Of a stretch of 64,000 bases of DNA, positions 23,601 through 35,600 are shown piece after piece (positions within the stretch are counted from its first letter, which is position 1; the number at the start of each line of letters is the position of its first letter). The stretch covers positions 6,510,001-6,574,000 of the forward strand of contig OX442314.1 of the NCBI GenBank assembly GCA_949358305.1. The letters run 5' to 3'. The notes beneath the pieces were generated by a model. It did not search any database. It was not told the DNA's origin and saw nothing but the letters and a program-made list of their open reading frames with translations. Made by a program: the position numbers and the translations under genes. This DNA is from Strigamia acuminata. Lineage: Eukaryota.

Positions 23601-24983
23601 TGGAGTGTAAAAAGCAGTTTTACTCTTGTCCTCCTCCTCCATTTCCATTTGATGATAACCTTTAGTTAAATCAATGGACGTAAAGTACTTGGCCTGATTA
23701 GTATGATGAATTAACAGGTCAATACTTGGCATTTGAATTGCATCAACTTCTGTGATCGCATTCAACCAGCGGTAGTCGATACATAATCGATACTTCCCGC
23801 CGGGTTTAGCCACTATGACGGGGTGACTTATATAAGGGCCAGTGGCAGGTTCGATTAACCCATCGGCCTCTAACTCCTCGACCAATTCCGTCATAATGGC
23901 CTTCTTGGCCGGGTTGTACATTCTATACGGCTGGTGTTTCCAAGTAGCACCAGGTTTAAACTTGATGCTGTGCTTGGCCACCTTCGTACAGCCCAATTGA
24001 TCTCGAAATACGTTTTTTAATTGCAAAAGAACGTTTACGAGTAACCGTTTTTCTTCCGCCGAGCTGTTGCAGCCTTCGACGAGTTTTTCTGCCCAATCAG
24101 GTGAAGTGGGAGTTCCTTCACCTTGGAGACCCAAAGTCCTAATGCTTGCTAAACAACAGTTAAGTTCAGTGGTCTCGTATGGCGCTGTCCATCCGGGCAT
24201 GTCATCACAGGTGAACACAGCCCGTCGAGGATTAGGGTTTATCCCCGTTCTACGCATAAAATTGTGACCCAAAATCAACCCACATACATTCTTGTGTAGA
24301 ATTATGAAGGTCATAGGTGTAACTCTCCTTTTATCGGCCCATTTGACACAAAGACAAACTTGACCGATAGGTCGGTGATCTATTCCGACCGCGCAGACAC
24401 GCATTCCGCGGGGACATTCTTGTATGAATTCCACCGGAATTTCTGTGTTTGAAAGGAGTTGTACTCCAATAAAACATTGGGTGGCTCCAGAGTCCATTAG
24501 TGCGTTGTAATCTAAACCTCCAATTTGGACATTCATACGCGGATCATCTTTGCCACCATTAATTAATTTGCTATTGCAAAGTTTGCCAAGAAATATTTTT
24601 CGTTCTTTCTTGTTCCATTTTTCAAGTTTAAGAATTTTCCTTAACTTGAAAACTTTGGGTACAAGCGGTTTCTTTGGCGCATTCCAACTTCCACTGAAAA
24701 TACTCAAATTTTCTAGTTGGTCTGTCATGATTTTTAAATTCTCATCGACACCACCAGTGGAACTACTAGCTTTCCGACAGACAGGCACTGCTTCGTAAGA
24801 AATGACCAACGATGGTGGTTTATTCTTCGAATCATCGACATAAGGTACTGTGAGATGACTAGGCTTATGTCTTATTTTAATTTCTTTTTTATGAAAAAAT
24901 AAATCATTTGAAAATTCCGAGAGAGGAAACAACTCGTTAGGCGGGGGTTGGGCAACTTGAACAACCCCCTGAATCAGTTTTTT
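20697..24983 (-). CDS. Gypsy Pol of element A (PR-RT-RH-IN), entered by -1 frameshift
   Basis: Motifs ALMDSGAT, YRLCIDYR, YLDD, TDAS, HGHPLTGH..CTHC, IDLMGP..SDNG..TERANR, DGPWEI. The frame is -1 relative to gag. Confidence 0.95.
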   Translation of the reverse strand, partial: KKLIQGVVQVAQPPPNELFPLSEFSNDLFFHKKEIKIRHKPSHLTVPYVDDSKNKPPSLVISYEAVPVCRKASSSTGGVDENLKIMTDQLENLSIFSGSWNAPKKPLVPKVFKLRKILKLEKWNKKERKIFLGKLCNSKLINGGKDDPRMNVQIGGLDYNALMDSGATQCFIGVQLLSNTEIPVEFIQECPRGMRVCAVGIDHRPIGQVCLCVKWADKRRVTPMTFIILHKNVCGLILGHNFMRRTGINPNPRRAVFTCDDMPGWTAPYETTELNCCLASIRTLGLQGEGTPTSPDWAEKLVEGCNSSAEEKRLLVNVLLQLKNVFRDQLGCTKVAKHSIKFKPGATWKHQPYRMYNPAKKAIMTELVEELEADGLIEPATGPYISHPVIVAKPGGKYRLCIDYRWLNAITEVDAIQMPSIDLLIHHTNQAKYFTSIDLTKGYHQMEMEEEDKSKTAFYTPKGKFQFKRLPFGLCNAPSSFQHLMTTVLGDSLYKHALVYLDDIIIFSDTWENHLLHIKDALEKLDAANLTINKDKSKFGRTSLRFLGHLISEGSLLPDPDKVSAVRNFPKPTCSKDIQRFVGLANFFRKFIPNIANIARPLTNIMHDQAKFVWDDPQTTAFETIKDILCDKDQALLHMPDMNKPFVILTDASHSGLGAVLCQDVELFCEKKQKLIMVPKAVAYASRVLHGAEVRYSTPELECLAVVWAIERFRPYIEYTTFTLESDAKALSWLMSTPEPSGRFGRWAVKIQCGAFKIIFRRGAMNQVADALSRAPLSALDTPDYDYIEPEEITHFYPTWNGNRCASLQVTETERKHFLTNVGLSLDFFSESYNPVRFHDSGEKGEEEGCTRENCRHIDVHNCNHENVHTALTDILKVVPPTRDEIIEAQLKDPACSKILVYLKGDEKLKNRITDKHWLNAIRGYTLDEPEENKGVMLIYFAPTDEEELNDSGNGFKAVIPRSLVRRALFACHGHPLTGHAGMSKTLDRAKKMYFWPRMSKDTRNYVRSCTHCQQYKPSQHQKHRASYTPHNMTNPWETISIDLMGPKPAGRSQLKWILVIIDNCTKWIEVFPLATASSECIVNKMSEVFHRWGYPKKIISDNGKQFVSTIFNDFCRKNHVDIAHISPYHAAANITERANRTLKMMLALYSDIHSHWPKYLNSFAFAMRTAKSEATNCSPMILNTGRIVPLPFDPRITKHAIKFDKENPEAYVYSILDVIRRAHSEMHRKIQSNYEKHDRLHKDKYYICQFAKGDLVWKATHILSNKDKGISAGFAEKRDGPWEITAILGGGSYTLRKLSDNSKAKAINIQDLMPYIPSYPIEEWTLDQKVGTNESHPTPDWMAGQVINSSELINEPVSIETGDLVEEKEEETSQISSKEDETPQNPSKKRKRFPSPVRQSKRRPKPNTKYVTDFVQLINCLTQVKLG
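24942..24983 (-). promoter_or_regulatory. -1 ribosomal frameshift signal (A AAA AAC plus hairpin)
   Basis: ACA AAA AAC TGA at the gag end, followed by a GGGGGTTG...CAACCCCC stem. Confidence 0.85.
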
Positions 24984-27031
24984 GTCTCATCGGGAGTGAC
25001 TGACTCAGTGGCTGCTGGTAAATGCTTAATTAACAGGTCAACCATGTTTTTCTGGAAGTCAGTAAATTTGGAGTCTAAAGTTTCTGACGTAACCCAATTT
25101 TGTTTGGGTCGTTTAAACTCGGGGTTGGGAGCAGAGTGGTTAAATCTTTTATTTGTATTTAACGAGTCTGATTTCCCTGCTAATTTTTTGGCAAGAGCGG
25201 GACATTCTCTTTTAAAATGTCCAGGCTCGTGACAGAAAAAGCATTTTCCAGTAGTTTTTTCATACTGGGCGGCAAATAATCGCTCCATTGAACCATCGTC
25301 AGTTGAGTCGTCATTTTCCGACTCGTCTTCATCTTCAACTTCATCTTGTGTTTGCGTTAAACGTAGTGAGGTTTTGGATGGAAAAATCTTAGATTTTTCG
25401 TGAAGTTTGGGAGTAGGATGATTCTCTCGATTATCGTACTCCAATTTGGCTGCAAGTTGAGAACTTTCAAACTTAGAGCGATTTGCTCCTACATATTGTA
25501 GAATGTCATCTACTGTAAAGTTACCATACATTCCTTGTGTACATAACGCCGTGAAACTTTCTTGAGTTAGATTGTCGAATAATTGCGCACGTCCAGTTTT
25601 ATCACCTGGCGGCACTTCACCTTGTTCTTGCGTATAACGCAGAAGAAAACTATAAAGTGATTCGTCGGCTCGTTGTTTTACATTAAGAAGTCGCCTTTCT
25701 CTTGTAAGTGGAACGAGGTCGAAACAATCGAGAAAAGAGGCTTCGAAAGTTCGCCAACTGTTAAAAGTATGGCGTTGCTTATGGAACCAACGTTGTGCAT
25801 GGCCTAATAGTCGTCCAGGTACAGCAGTGTGTACCATGTCGTCTAAAGGAATGCCTTTCCCGAGTGCGACAGCTTTGACGATTTCAAGGAATCGCGCAAC
25901 CTCTGTCTGTTTCCCGTCAAAAATAGGAATCTCGATTCCTTTTCCAAAATTCTGACTGGGATTACTCGGGCTTCGAATCTGACCAACCAAACCCTGAATA
26001 ATTTGTTTTACGTTTTCGTCTGACAAATTAGAAGCAGAGTTCGAATTGGGTGTAGACCGACTTTCTTGGTCTCTGAGTGGCGGATTTGGTTCTTCTCGAA
26101 AATTTTGGCGTCTATCAGGTGGCGGAGGAGAACGAGAATTATTACGTCGGTGGAAATTATTGTTATAATTTCCCCCTCCACCAGCGTGAGATTCGTCACT
26201 ACTCGAGTTAGGATCGGAGTCACGAGGGTCACCAGGAGCTCTGGGAAATCGTTGATTTCTCGGCGGAGCTCGTCCACCCTGAGAGCGGGAATTTCTATAA
26301 TTCCTAAAATCCCCATCAGATTGGGTGTGAGATTGAAAATTTTGATAATTTTCATTTCTCCCCCTTGGTAGGACCGACAGATTAGTTCGAGGCTGTGGAA
26401 CTCGAAAAGAATCATTCAAATTCCCAGTGGGAGCGGGTAAATTATTATTTACTGCCGTCGCACTTGGCAAATTTCGGGAAATTGGCGCAGAAATATTTCC
26501 TTGTCCGGAATTTCCCATTCTTTCGGCCGAATTCGATCGCCAAGAACTAGCTGGTAACTGAATCGAAGGTTGAACGGATAATGAAGAATTTAACTGCCCA
26601 TTGTCGTCACGAGCAACATTCATTCGCCATCCAGGTAATTGCTGGTAGCGATATGTGGCCGGTGAACGAGGGCCAGTTCGATCTACAGAAACACTTCGTT
26701 CGTTGGTTACAACTACATCGGGAGTAATTACACGATTTCTCTCGTGATGATTATTCGCCGTGTATTGTTGAGCTTCACACAGAGAGGAAAACTGCGTCAC
26801 TTCCAATTGGTAATGGCGACAGTAAACCTCTAAATCATGCGGGACGGATAGTGGATCCGTTTGAGAACTACCTGGGTTGGAAACGTCTCTAGGAACATTT
26901 TCTTCCCCCTGGCTTTCTAAATCAGACTCCACAATTCCTCTTGGTGTTTCACACATACCACCACGTCGTCGTGCTCCACGATTTCCTCGTGTTCCACGAA
27001 CTCTTACAGGTCTACGGGCCATAATACTCAA
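24974..27031 (-). CDS. Gypsy Gag of element A
   Basis: Capsid-like IPIFDGK..AQRWF..WRTFEASFL motif and CFFCHEPGHFKREC knuckle. Confidence 0.93.
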   Translation of the reverse strand: MSIMARRPVRVRGTRGNRGARRRGGMCETPRGIVESDLESQGEENVPRDVSNPGSSQTDPLSVPHDLEVYCRHYQLEVTQFSSLCEAQQYTANNHHERNRVITPDVVVTNERSVSVDRTGPRSPATYRYQQLPGWRMNVARDDNGQLNSSLSVQPSIQLPASSWRSNSAERMGNSGQGNISAPISRNLPSATAVNNNLPAPTGNLNDSFRVPQPRTNLSVLPRGRNENYQNFQSHTQSDGDFRNYRNSRSQGGRAPPRNQRFPRAPGDPRDSDPNSSSDESHAGGGGNYNNNFHRRNNSRSPPPPDRRQNFREEPNPPLRDQESRSTPNSNSASNLSDENVKQIIQGLVGQIRSPSNPSQNFGKGIEIPIFDGKQTEVARFLEIVKAVALGKGIPLDDMVHTAVPGRLLGHAQRWFHKQRHTFNSWRTFEASFLDCFDLVPLTRERRLLNVKQRADESLYSFLLRYTQEQGEVPPGDKTGRAQLFDNLTQESFTALCTQGMYGNFTVDDILQYVGANRSKFESSQLAAKLEYDNRENHPTPKLHEKSKIFPSKTSLRLTQTQDEVEDEDESENDDSTDDGSMERLFAAQYEKTTGKCFFCHEPGHFKRECPALAKKLAGKSDSLNTNKRFNHSAPNPEFKRPKQNWVTSETLDSKFTDFQKNMVDLLIKHLPAATESVTPDETKN

Positions 27032-27865
27032 AGAAATACACGTACAAAAGAAAAAATAAACTTTAACTGACTAGCGTAAATGTAACACGCTTAATATTAA
27101 ACTAAGAAATAATTTGAAAAAATACAACCTTAGCTGCTAAAACTGAAGTGGCTTCGGGAAAAAACTGTCCTGTTGCGTGGTCAAGAATGGTCCAAACGGG
27201 CACTGGTCACAAAGGCACAACTGGATGGTCGCACTGTCGAAAAGCAAGTGTGGCTGAATATTGGTTGTCAAACTAGCTTCCGGAAAACCTCCTTTGTCAA
27301 GACAGTCTGTTGTGATTGGTGATGTTGAAAAATTCCTGATAATTTCTAATCCGAAACTCTCAACAATGTCACATCTGGATGACCTACTCCGAGCTCCATC
27401 GTGAGTGGCTCTCTTTGGCACATTCTTTACCTTGTCAGGGATTAAAAAATCATAATTCCTAACATTGACAGAACAATAGAAAACTAGTCAAGTTTTTAAC
27501 CAGTAACATAAAATATTTTAACTTTTTATTTTTTAGTCAGCAGAATTTCTAGTCAAATTCGTTTTTGATCGAAATTCAAGGTTTCGTAATTTTTCAGAAT
27601 ATAGCCGAATATTCTGGGAAAATCAAAATAGATTTTTTCGTAAGAGATTCGGAATTATAATGAGTTTTCAAAATAATCCAAAAATTCGACTCCAAATATT
27701 TCCAAAAGATAATGAGAATTTTTTGAAAACAAATGAATATTTCACAGTAAATTTATAGAGAAAAATCGGAAATTTTCTAATTATAATATCTACATAAAAT
27801 AATCAAAAAATTCATTTTTCAATTTTACACTTGATCACAGAGTTCACTTCAATAAAATGCAACCT

Positions 27866-27883
27866 ATCTCGGTGGGACCTCCA
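27866..27883 (-). promoter_or_regulatory. Primer-binding site, tRNA-Gln (element A)
   Basis: TGGAGGTCCCACCGAGAT complements the 3' end of metazoan tRNA-Gln and lies 2 nt from the LTR. Confidence 0.88.
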
Positions 27884-27885
27884 CG

Positions 27886-29474
27886 TGTGACGATTACCTT
27901 CTGGAGATAGCAATTGCTAAACTAAAGTGTGAACTATCCGTGTGAAAATGTAAAATATGCAAACCTGATGTTTTCTCAAAACATATAACATTTATTCCGG
28001 TTTGAACCTTATATAAATACTATGCCTACAAGTGGCTAAAATGACGATAAGTTAAACTATACAGTTATTTGGCAAAAGCCCTGAAATAATATCACTTGCG
28101 GTTTTCAGTCTCGTAATAAGAATATGTGACTTTCTTATTACAGTGACGTAAAAGATGTCGTCTGAATATGGTTCGGGCTTCCAAATGGTCCGGGGTTGGT
28201 TCTAAAATGGTGTGTAATGGTTAGGCTTGGGTGTGTTATATCCGAGAGGTGCGGTTGACTTTTCTGTATCGTCACACACATCGCGTCGCAGATAATTATT
28301 GTAATCAATAATTATTGCGAGATGTAACAATGTGAGAATAAATATTCATATTAATTCCATGGAATTGATCATGATATTTTATAGTCACAAACTTAACTAA
28401 AACTATGAAAATAAGTAAAATATATTAAAATAGCGCCGAGCTATTTTTGCCCCGAGTGCAATCAACATCTAAGTTAGACTTAAATGTTCCGTCAAACCAA
28501 TAACGAATTGAATCGAAATATCTCGCAGGAAAGGTTATCCATCGCCGGGAAATTACTCCACTCGGTCCTGGCTGGCGGGAGAGTAACCGGGAAATTACTC
28601 CGCGTCGATCACTCTGATAATGCGTCTGTGAAATATAAATACTCCACTCTAGATTCTACATTACCAATGCGTCTGTGAATTTTACTCCACTCTAGATTCT
28701 GCACTCTACAACGGAATGTTGGCATGAAGCTGGAGGGAGTGCGTCTGTGGGTTGTACCCCACTCTAGATACTACACTTAAATGTGTCTGTGAATCTCTCC
28801 ACTCTAGTTACTACATTTCTACAACGGAATGTTGGCATGAAGAGGCGGGAAGTGTGTCTGTGAGTCTTCTACCCACTCTAGATACTTACACTAAATACAA
28901 AGTATTTCTACAACGGATTGTCGGAACGCAGAGAAGTATAATATGTGCTCAAGTAATATCAGTATCAAACAAAAACAGAACAAGAGCGAGCTATATCCGT
29001 TTTGCAGGGGGATATATACTCGGTGAGGAGAATAGCTGTTCAGTGATCCAATGGGATCACTGGGCAGTCAAATCCATCCAATCCCAGATCATAGGAAGTG
29101 GATACTCAGGACATAGTCTTCTACTAGGTCCACTACAGGAACTGGATACGCAGGACACATTTTGGATTAAGTCCCTTTGACTATAATCCAAAAGGAGTCC
29201 AACTCACAGTGGGTGATGGGGGGTGACTTCACCAGGTGTAGAGTTTGCACATAATTCAATAGAATTATGTGACAAATAAATCAACTAGTATTTAAACATC
29301 CAAAAGTATTTAAAAGTGTATAAAGTTGCAGTGGAATAAAATATAAATAGTAATTTATATTTTATTCACTCAAAAATTGTCGAAATTTGAAATTGCCGCT
29401 AAAACGTATCAGCGCCATCTATTGACAAAATAAACGTCCTAACTAACAACGTGCATGACAGTGTAACCGTCACA
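27886..29474 (-). repeat. 5' LTR of element A
   Basis: 1589-bp repeat adjacent to the PBS, with internal CCACTCTAGA-based repeats and a TATA-like site at 29013-29018. Confidence 0.96.
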
Positions 29475-30694
29475 GTTTGATTGATAATCTGTTGTCATTT
29501 GAATTTATTATTGAGAATTTCCCTATTTATTGTCAAAAATTGTGTGAAAAATTACGAATTTGCTGCGACAAATTCTTACTTAGCTTAGTGTTGTCTCAAA
29601 AATACACTAACTTAATTATTAAGAGCGAACTAACCCACAAGCATTGCACCTAGCTTGTGTGTAACAGTTATCCAATTTATTGTGTTGCGTTATTGTGTGC
29701 ATCGACCTGTGCATCAGTTTTTGTGCGACATTGAGTGGTATTTTGTGCCGAATTTATTTCCAACTGCTCAAATGGAAGAAGAGAAAGTTGGTGGACACAA
29801 AGTGACTCTTCTCGGCAAAGACAACTATGCAACCTGGAAGGAGGAGATCATGGTCGCCCTGATGTACCAGGGCTGTTGGGGCTTTGTTGGTGGTACCGAC
29901 ATTCCCTTGGTCGATGCAACTGCAACTTGGCGAGAAAAGCAAGACAACGCTTTCCGCAAGGACCGAGCATACAGTATGATCTACTATGGAATAGAAAAAC
30001 AGTACCGTGAACATTTAAGCAACACTCAGGATGCCAAGGAAGCCTGGAAAATTTTAAAGACTAATTTTGAACCAGTTTCCCGAGCCCGAGTCATGCAATT
30101 GCTGGACGAATTTTTTAGCTTACGCTATGATGCCGAAACAGAGAGTATTGGAGTCTTTGCTGCCAGAATACGCAAGACATCCAAGTTACTTGAGGGACTT
30201 AAACATTCTGTTAATGACATTTACCAGTCTTTTCAACTGATTAGGCGTCTCCCACCTGAGTTTCAAACGATTGTACAGACAATCTATCAAGAGAGAGTTG
30301 GGTTACCTGATGGAACTTTGTGATGCTAAAGCTGTGACCCCCATAAAACAGGATGTGGAGTGGGTTTACGATTCAGGAGCCACCAGCCACTTTTGCAAGA
30401 ATAAGGAATTCTTCATCCGATTTAAACCACTAGCGAATGGTAAAATAATGCAGGCCGGAAAGTCTTCGACTATAGACATTGAAGGAATTGGAGATGTCTC
30501 GATCAACTGTGTTTTTGGGACGAGTGTCAAGCCTGTTACGTTGCGAAATGTGTTTTATTCGCCGGATCTACGACGTAACATGATTTCTGCCTCTACGCTG
30601 GATGACCTCGGATGTAAAGCCAGCATTGGATCGGGCCGCGTCAGGCTATATTATGGCAAAGATTTTATACCAGTCATGGAAGCTGTCAAACACA

Positions 30695-32611
30695 TGTGAC
30701 GGTTTTTAATGGCTATAAATGCCTATTTTCTATAGAAAAGCGCTGTTGTGTCATTATGACGGTATTTTTACAGTATTCTGTGTAAAACTGATAAATGTCT
30801 AGAATAAAGTCATTTATGATGTTTCAAATACAAAGATGTTCGTTTATTAAGAATAAACACTAATTTCCACATGATACTAAAGTATCACGGCATAATTACG
30901 AAGATTCGTCTGCTAAAACCCGCATTTGTCAATGCGCAATGTTGCCACAAGATGGCGCGATTACGATTTAGCGGCAAATTCAAGATATGAATATAAAACA
31001 TGTAAATAAATATAAAACTATATTTACTAGAATGAAACGAAGCTTTGTGAACATTAATATAAAGATATATTAATGTCTTGTGATGTTAAATACAATGTAA
31101 CTTCCATTTTCTGCGGGACAGGACATTTGGTGATCAATCGATCAACCAATAGATCTGATTGGTGGATCCATTTCCGGTCCTGGGTATCCAGTTCCGGTTG
31201 TGGTGAGAATTAGCACATTGTTCCTCCGTATCCACTTCCGGTGATACGGGATTGGAGGGATTCGTGGAACCCATGTTCCAATTGGATAACTGGATTAATC
31301 CTTAATCCAGTCAGGTTATATAAACCCAAACAACCGGCCATTCTGCAGCTCTGTTTGATTATTTTCTGTTTGGTATTGTTACTTAAGAAATATGATTCGT
31401 TGTTCACGTAAAAAAACCTTTTGGTTCTTTGTTGATTTATTCACAAAGAACCGTTGCATGATTCTACAGAATCATGCCACCGCCGGCAATTGAAGTCGAA
31501 GTGCTGGGATCATTATGTTGCATAAATGTTACAGTTTACGGTTGCGACGCCGAAGGAGAACCCGCCGTTGTGCAATTCAGTATCCTCCGGACAGGACCAT
31601 GTGGTCTTTCTCGGTATGAACGTATTCCGTTACCGCAAGTAGCATCGTTGCTGTTGAGAATTAGTTCCTTCACCGGATGGTGCCAAAGCAGTCTGTTTTA
31701 CAGTAACCACGAGTAGCACCAAGTGTTTGGCAAGCTGATTCTCATGGTATTCGATGCCAAAGTAGTCGGTCTATTATTAGTACCGCGAGAGATTATACTG
31801 CTGTGCGGAGCCGCGAGCTATCGACTCCTGTGTACGTGATACCGTCAATCGCCAGACGAACGACCGTGTCGCGACGCAGGGGACGCTTGATACCGTTCTG
31901 CATTGCAAGGCGTATATTTTCTTTCGACGGCAATTGTGTGTTGCGACGGGAAGCCTAATCTTCATTTTATTTATAACAGCTAAATATTAACTTGGCGACA
32001 AGTTGATTAACCAAGTCAGAAGACTTAATTACGATCACGATTACATCAAAGACGCAAATGTAACTGATAAAGTTGATGACAACTTATCCACAAAAATATC
32101 TAAATAAGAATTCACAACGATATGAATTAAATATAATTCATAAGCGGAATATTGATAAGTAAAATGAATACATTTACTTACACCAATATCCTCCCAAAGT
32201 TGTGGCGGTGCAGACAAAGTCAACCGCAATGCTCAGATCATTCGATTTATCGACGTGCGATAATTTACACAGCGAACCAAGGAAACCAGCGAAGCCATAT
32301 CGGACTCCAGGACACAGCCATCCGGCTTAAGATGACATCTATAATCAGGTCGAGCGATGGGGAAACCGCTCCCATATTCCAGACCCGTAGTGATATTATT
32401 CTAGGGCCAGTTGGCCAATTCTTTGTATAGTTTAATAGCTGATTTAACTTGCCAAATGTCGGCATTAGTCCTATGTATAATTTAGCCTTGATATTATTGT
32501 TTACCAACAATAAACTGTCTTGTATTTATCTCGTATTGTATTCACTGTTTATTTATTGCGATCTCTTCCCGGTACCATTGTTAAATGGGAGTTGTGGTCG
32601 TCACCGTCACA
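30695..32611 (+). repeat. 5' LTR of element B
   Basis: Direct repeat at offset 7516, with TATATAA at ~31317 and AATAAA at ~32508. Confidence 0.96.
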
Positions 32612-32613
32612 CG

Positions 32614-32632
32614 TGGAGGTCCCACCGAGATT
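32614..32632 (+). promoter_or_regulatory. Primer-binding site, tRNA-Gln (element B), with a second copy at 32849-32867
   Basis: TGGAGGTCCCACCGAGATT has the same core as the PBS of element A. Confidence 0.88.
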
Positions 32633-35600
32633 AGGTTGCAATTAAATTCGATTGAATTGCAACAGTGAATATTGGAGATAAATATTTAACTAAAAGATTT
32701 AAGTTAAAAATAGACAGATTAAATTTTCAGTTTATATTTCCATGTGAAGAAGTTAAACTGATGAAATAGAAATACGTAGTAGATTTTCCTTCATTATTTT
32801 CGTTTGAAGATTTTAGGGATTTCAAAGACTACCACCTAATCTCACACGTGGAGGTCCCACCGAGATTAGGTTGCAATTAAATTCGATAGAATTGTAAAAG
32901 TGAATTTTGAGATAAATATTTAACTAAAAGATTTAGTTAAAAAACAGACAAGTTTCAAACCATGTTTATTTTCTTGAGAAACACCAAAACAGTCCTTTAA
33001 CTAGGAATTTCGGAAGTTATAGACCTATCACACGATCACTGAAATAGGTTGCAAATTAATTCGATCGAATTGCAAAAGCGAATCTTGAATCCGATATTAA
33101 CTAAAAAATTTTAGTTAAAACAGACAAATAGATTTTCAGTTTATATTTTCATGTGAAAAGTTAAACTGACGAAATGGAAACGTTTAGTGAACTCTCTTTA
33201 CTATTTTCGTTCGACAATTTAAGGAATACGAAGTATTTTAAATAAGAAATCAAAAAAGTTTCGAGTGAAATAAGAATACAGATATTTTTTTTCGAAGTTT
33301 GTTTTATTTCGAAAAGCTAAAAACATACAAGTTTAGAAGGCGGACTTCTTACGAATTTATCTTTCCACCTGAAAAGTTAAAACGAAGAAAACACCGCAAC
33401 TATTTGGAAATATTTACAAGAAATTAAGTTTCTTGTAACTGTACGTCGACACCGATAGCCAGCGACCACGCGCCATAGCAATACGCGTCGATCTCCGTAT
33501 CAAACGCAGCAGGGAAGCTACTCAAACCTTCAACGCAAGGTGCGAACGAATGCTTGGAAATTATGGCGGACAACAGATAAAAGACAGCGGAGAAATGTTA
33601 CAGAAGGTTCGTAGAGATTTATTTAAGTGTCGCGAACTAATTTTTCCACTGCCATCGGTACCAAAGATAATTTAGTTGTTGGAGAAAAACAACACACTCC
33701 ATTTCGCAGAAAAGATTTGCAAATCGAAATGAATATTACCTTTATTTGAAGGAATTAACTATTTTCACAAAAAGTACATTTTTTCCTTCGGGACAATGGA
33801 AATTAAGAAAATATAAAATGGCGGCGAATGAAGTTGCCGACCACATAGAATAGTATTTTTTACATTGAAAGTTACGAATCACGATAAACGCTTTCCCTCG
33901 GAAAAGTAAAAGGATTTCATTCAATCTTTCCTTTCGGAAATTTAACAGTGTTTTAAGTTTCCAACGATATTTGGGTCTCCCAAATTTTGAGAATTTCTAA
34001 ATGAAATTTAGCTGTTTGAAAAACAACGAATATTTTTAGTAATCTAATCGGACATTTTCCCACATGATTTCTTAAAACCGGAATAACAAATCCATTTGTG
34101 GCTATGAACTTTGCCACATGAAATATTTACGGAGCGAATATTTTTTGATTGGATTGAAGCTTTAAAATCAGATAGCTGATTTAAACGAAGAAAATAAGTT
34201 TCAAAGTAATTATTTTTCTTTCGGAAAAATCAAATAAATCACCGCTGATGAAAAGTTGTATTTTTCCATTCGAAAAAACTAAGAATTGCACAAGATTTAT
34301 CTTCTATTTTGAACATAGATTTTATTCGGAAAAGGAAAGATTCTAGATACATTATTTTTCTCTAAAAATTAAGAATTTAGTCAATTTTCCTAAAGGTTAA
34401 TGGAATGTCATCATATATTTCGTTCGTAATTTACGTGTTAAAGTTTAATCAGAAAAACGATTGAATATGTTTTATTTGCGATAAGTAAAAGAAAGGTTCT
34501 TTAAAAATGGAATTTCGATGCAAATCCCACAGTAAAGGGAATGTTATGTGTGAGCAATTAACGAAAAGTTGGAATAACTTCATTTTATTTCATTCAAAAG
34601 TAGTTGTGAAAAATCAATTTCAAATATTTTTCAAAGAAAAATTATTTTTATCGGAAAAAAGTAATTTACATGTCCTCGCGCGGACCGAGTAGTAAACTGC
34701 TTAATTGTGACATCGATACTGTTATTGTGTCACGTGTTATACGGAATTCCAAACCAGTGAATTACGAATTTTGGCGCGATAGGAATAGAAGTTTGACAGT
34801 GAAAGTTCTCCAGATTTGCCTTTTCATTTGAAAAGTTCAAATTGAGGAAATGCTGCAGCAGATGAAGGTATTTACGACAATTGAGATTTAAATATTCTTT
34901 CATTCAAAAGATAAAAGATCTCTGCAAAAACATCTCGTTATTAGAGATAAGGGGGACGAAAATTATTAAAACGAATAATCAAAGACACGTCCTTCGTAAA
35001 TATCGCAAAGGAATAACTAATTGTGAAAACAATTGTCCGCTCAGGAAAAGTGGAATTTAGCTAGATATTTTCTTTCGAAAAATCAAAGCAATTGTCATCA
35101 AAAAAGAAAGATTTGATGAATAATTTTTACCCAAAAGTCTAAAGGATTGTCGAATAGTTTTCTCCCGAAAAACAAGTACACATTTGTACCAATAACTTTA
35201 TCGTTTAAAGTAAAATTTCGAATATTTTCTTTTGGAAGATTAGAGAATTAGATAATTTTTCTCGCAAAACAAATTTAAAGAATTTTAACGAATTTTTATT
35301 TGTTAAAAAAATTTGTTAAAAAAGGGGGAGATGGATGGTGAAAATTTATTTTTTCACACTCGAAAAATGGAATTTAAACCCGAAAAAGTAAAGACTTGGT
35401 CAAATTATTCTTCCTATTGGAAATGAATACACAATGTTGGGAATCGAAAATAGATTTCAATTACAAAGGAATGATTATTTGAACGATAATTGAATAAGAA
35501 TAAGAAAAATTGAGAGTTTGAGAAAACTTTATTAAAACTGTGGTTGTAATGATATTACACACTAAACGGAATAATCAAAGAAAAATATTTTTTGAAGAAA

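Larger units (their letters stand above)
14340..29474 (-). mobile_element. Full-length Ty3/Gypsy LTR retrotransposon with extra ORF3 (element A)
   Basis: LTRs at 14340-17082 and 27886-29474 (TGT...ACA), 4-bp TSD GTTT, tRNA-Gln PBS, PPT (AGTCCCCCTTAA on the + strand, 17083-17094), intact gag and pol. Confidence 0.96.

Noticed and set aside
31210..32634. Short ORFs duplicated in both LTRs of B (likewise A, C and M)
   Set aside because: Their duplication only reflects LTR identity and there is no coding signal.
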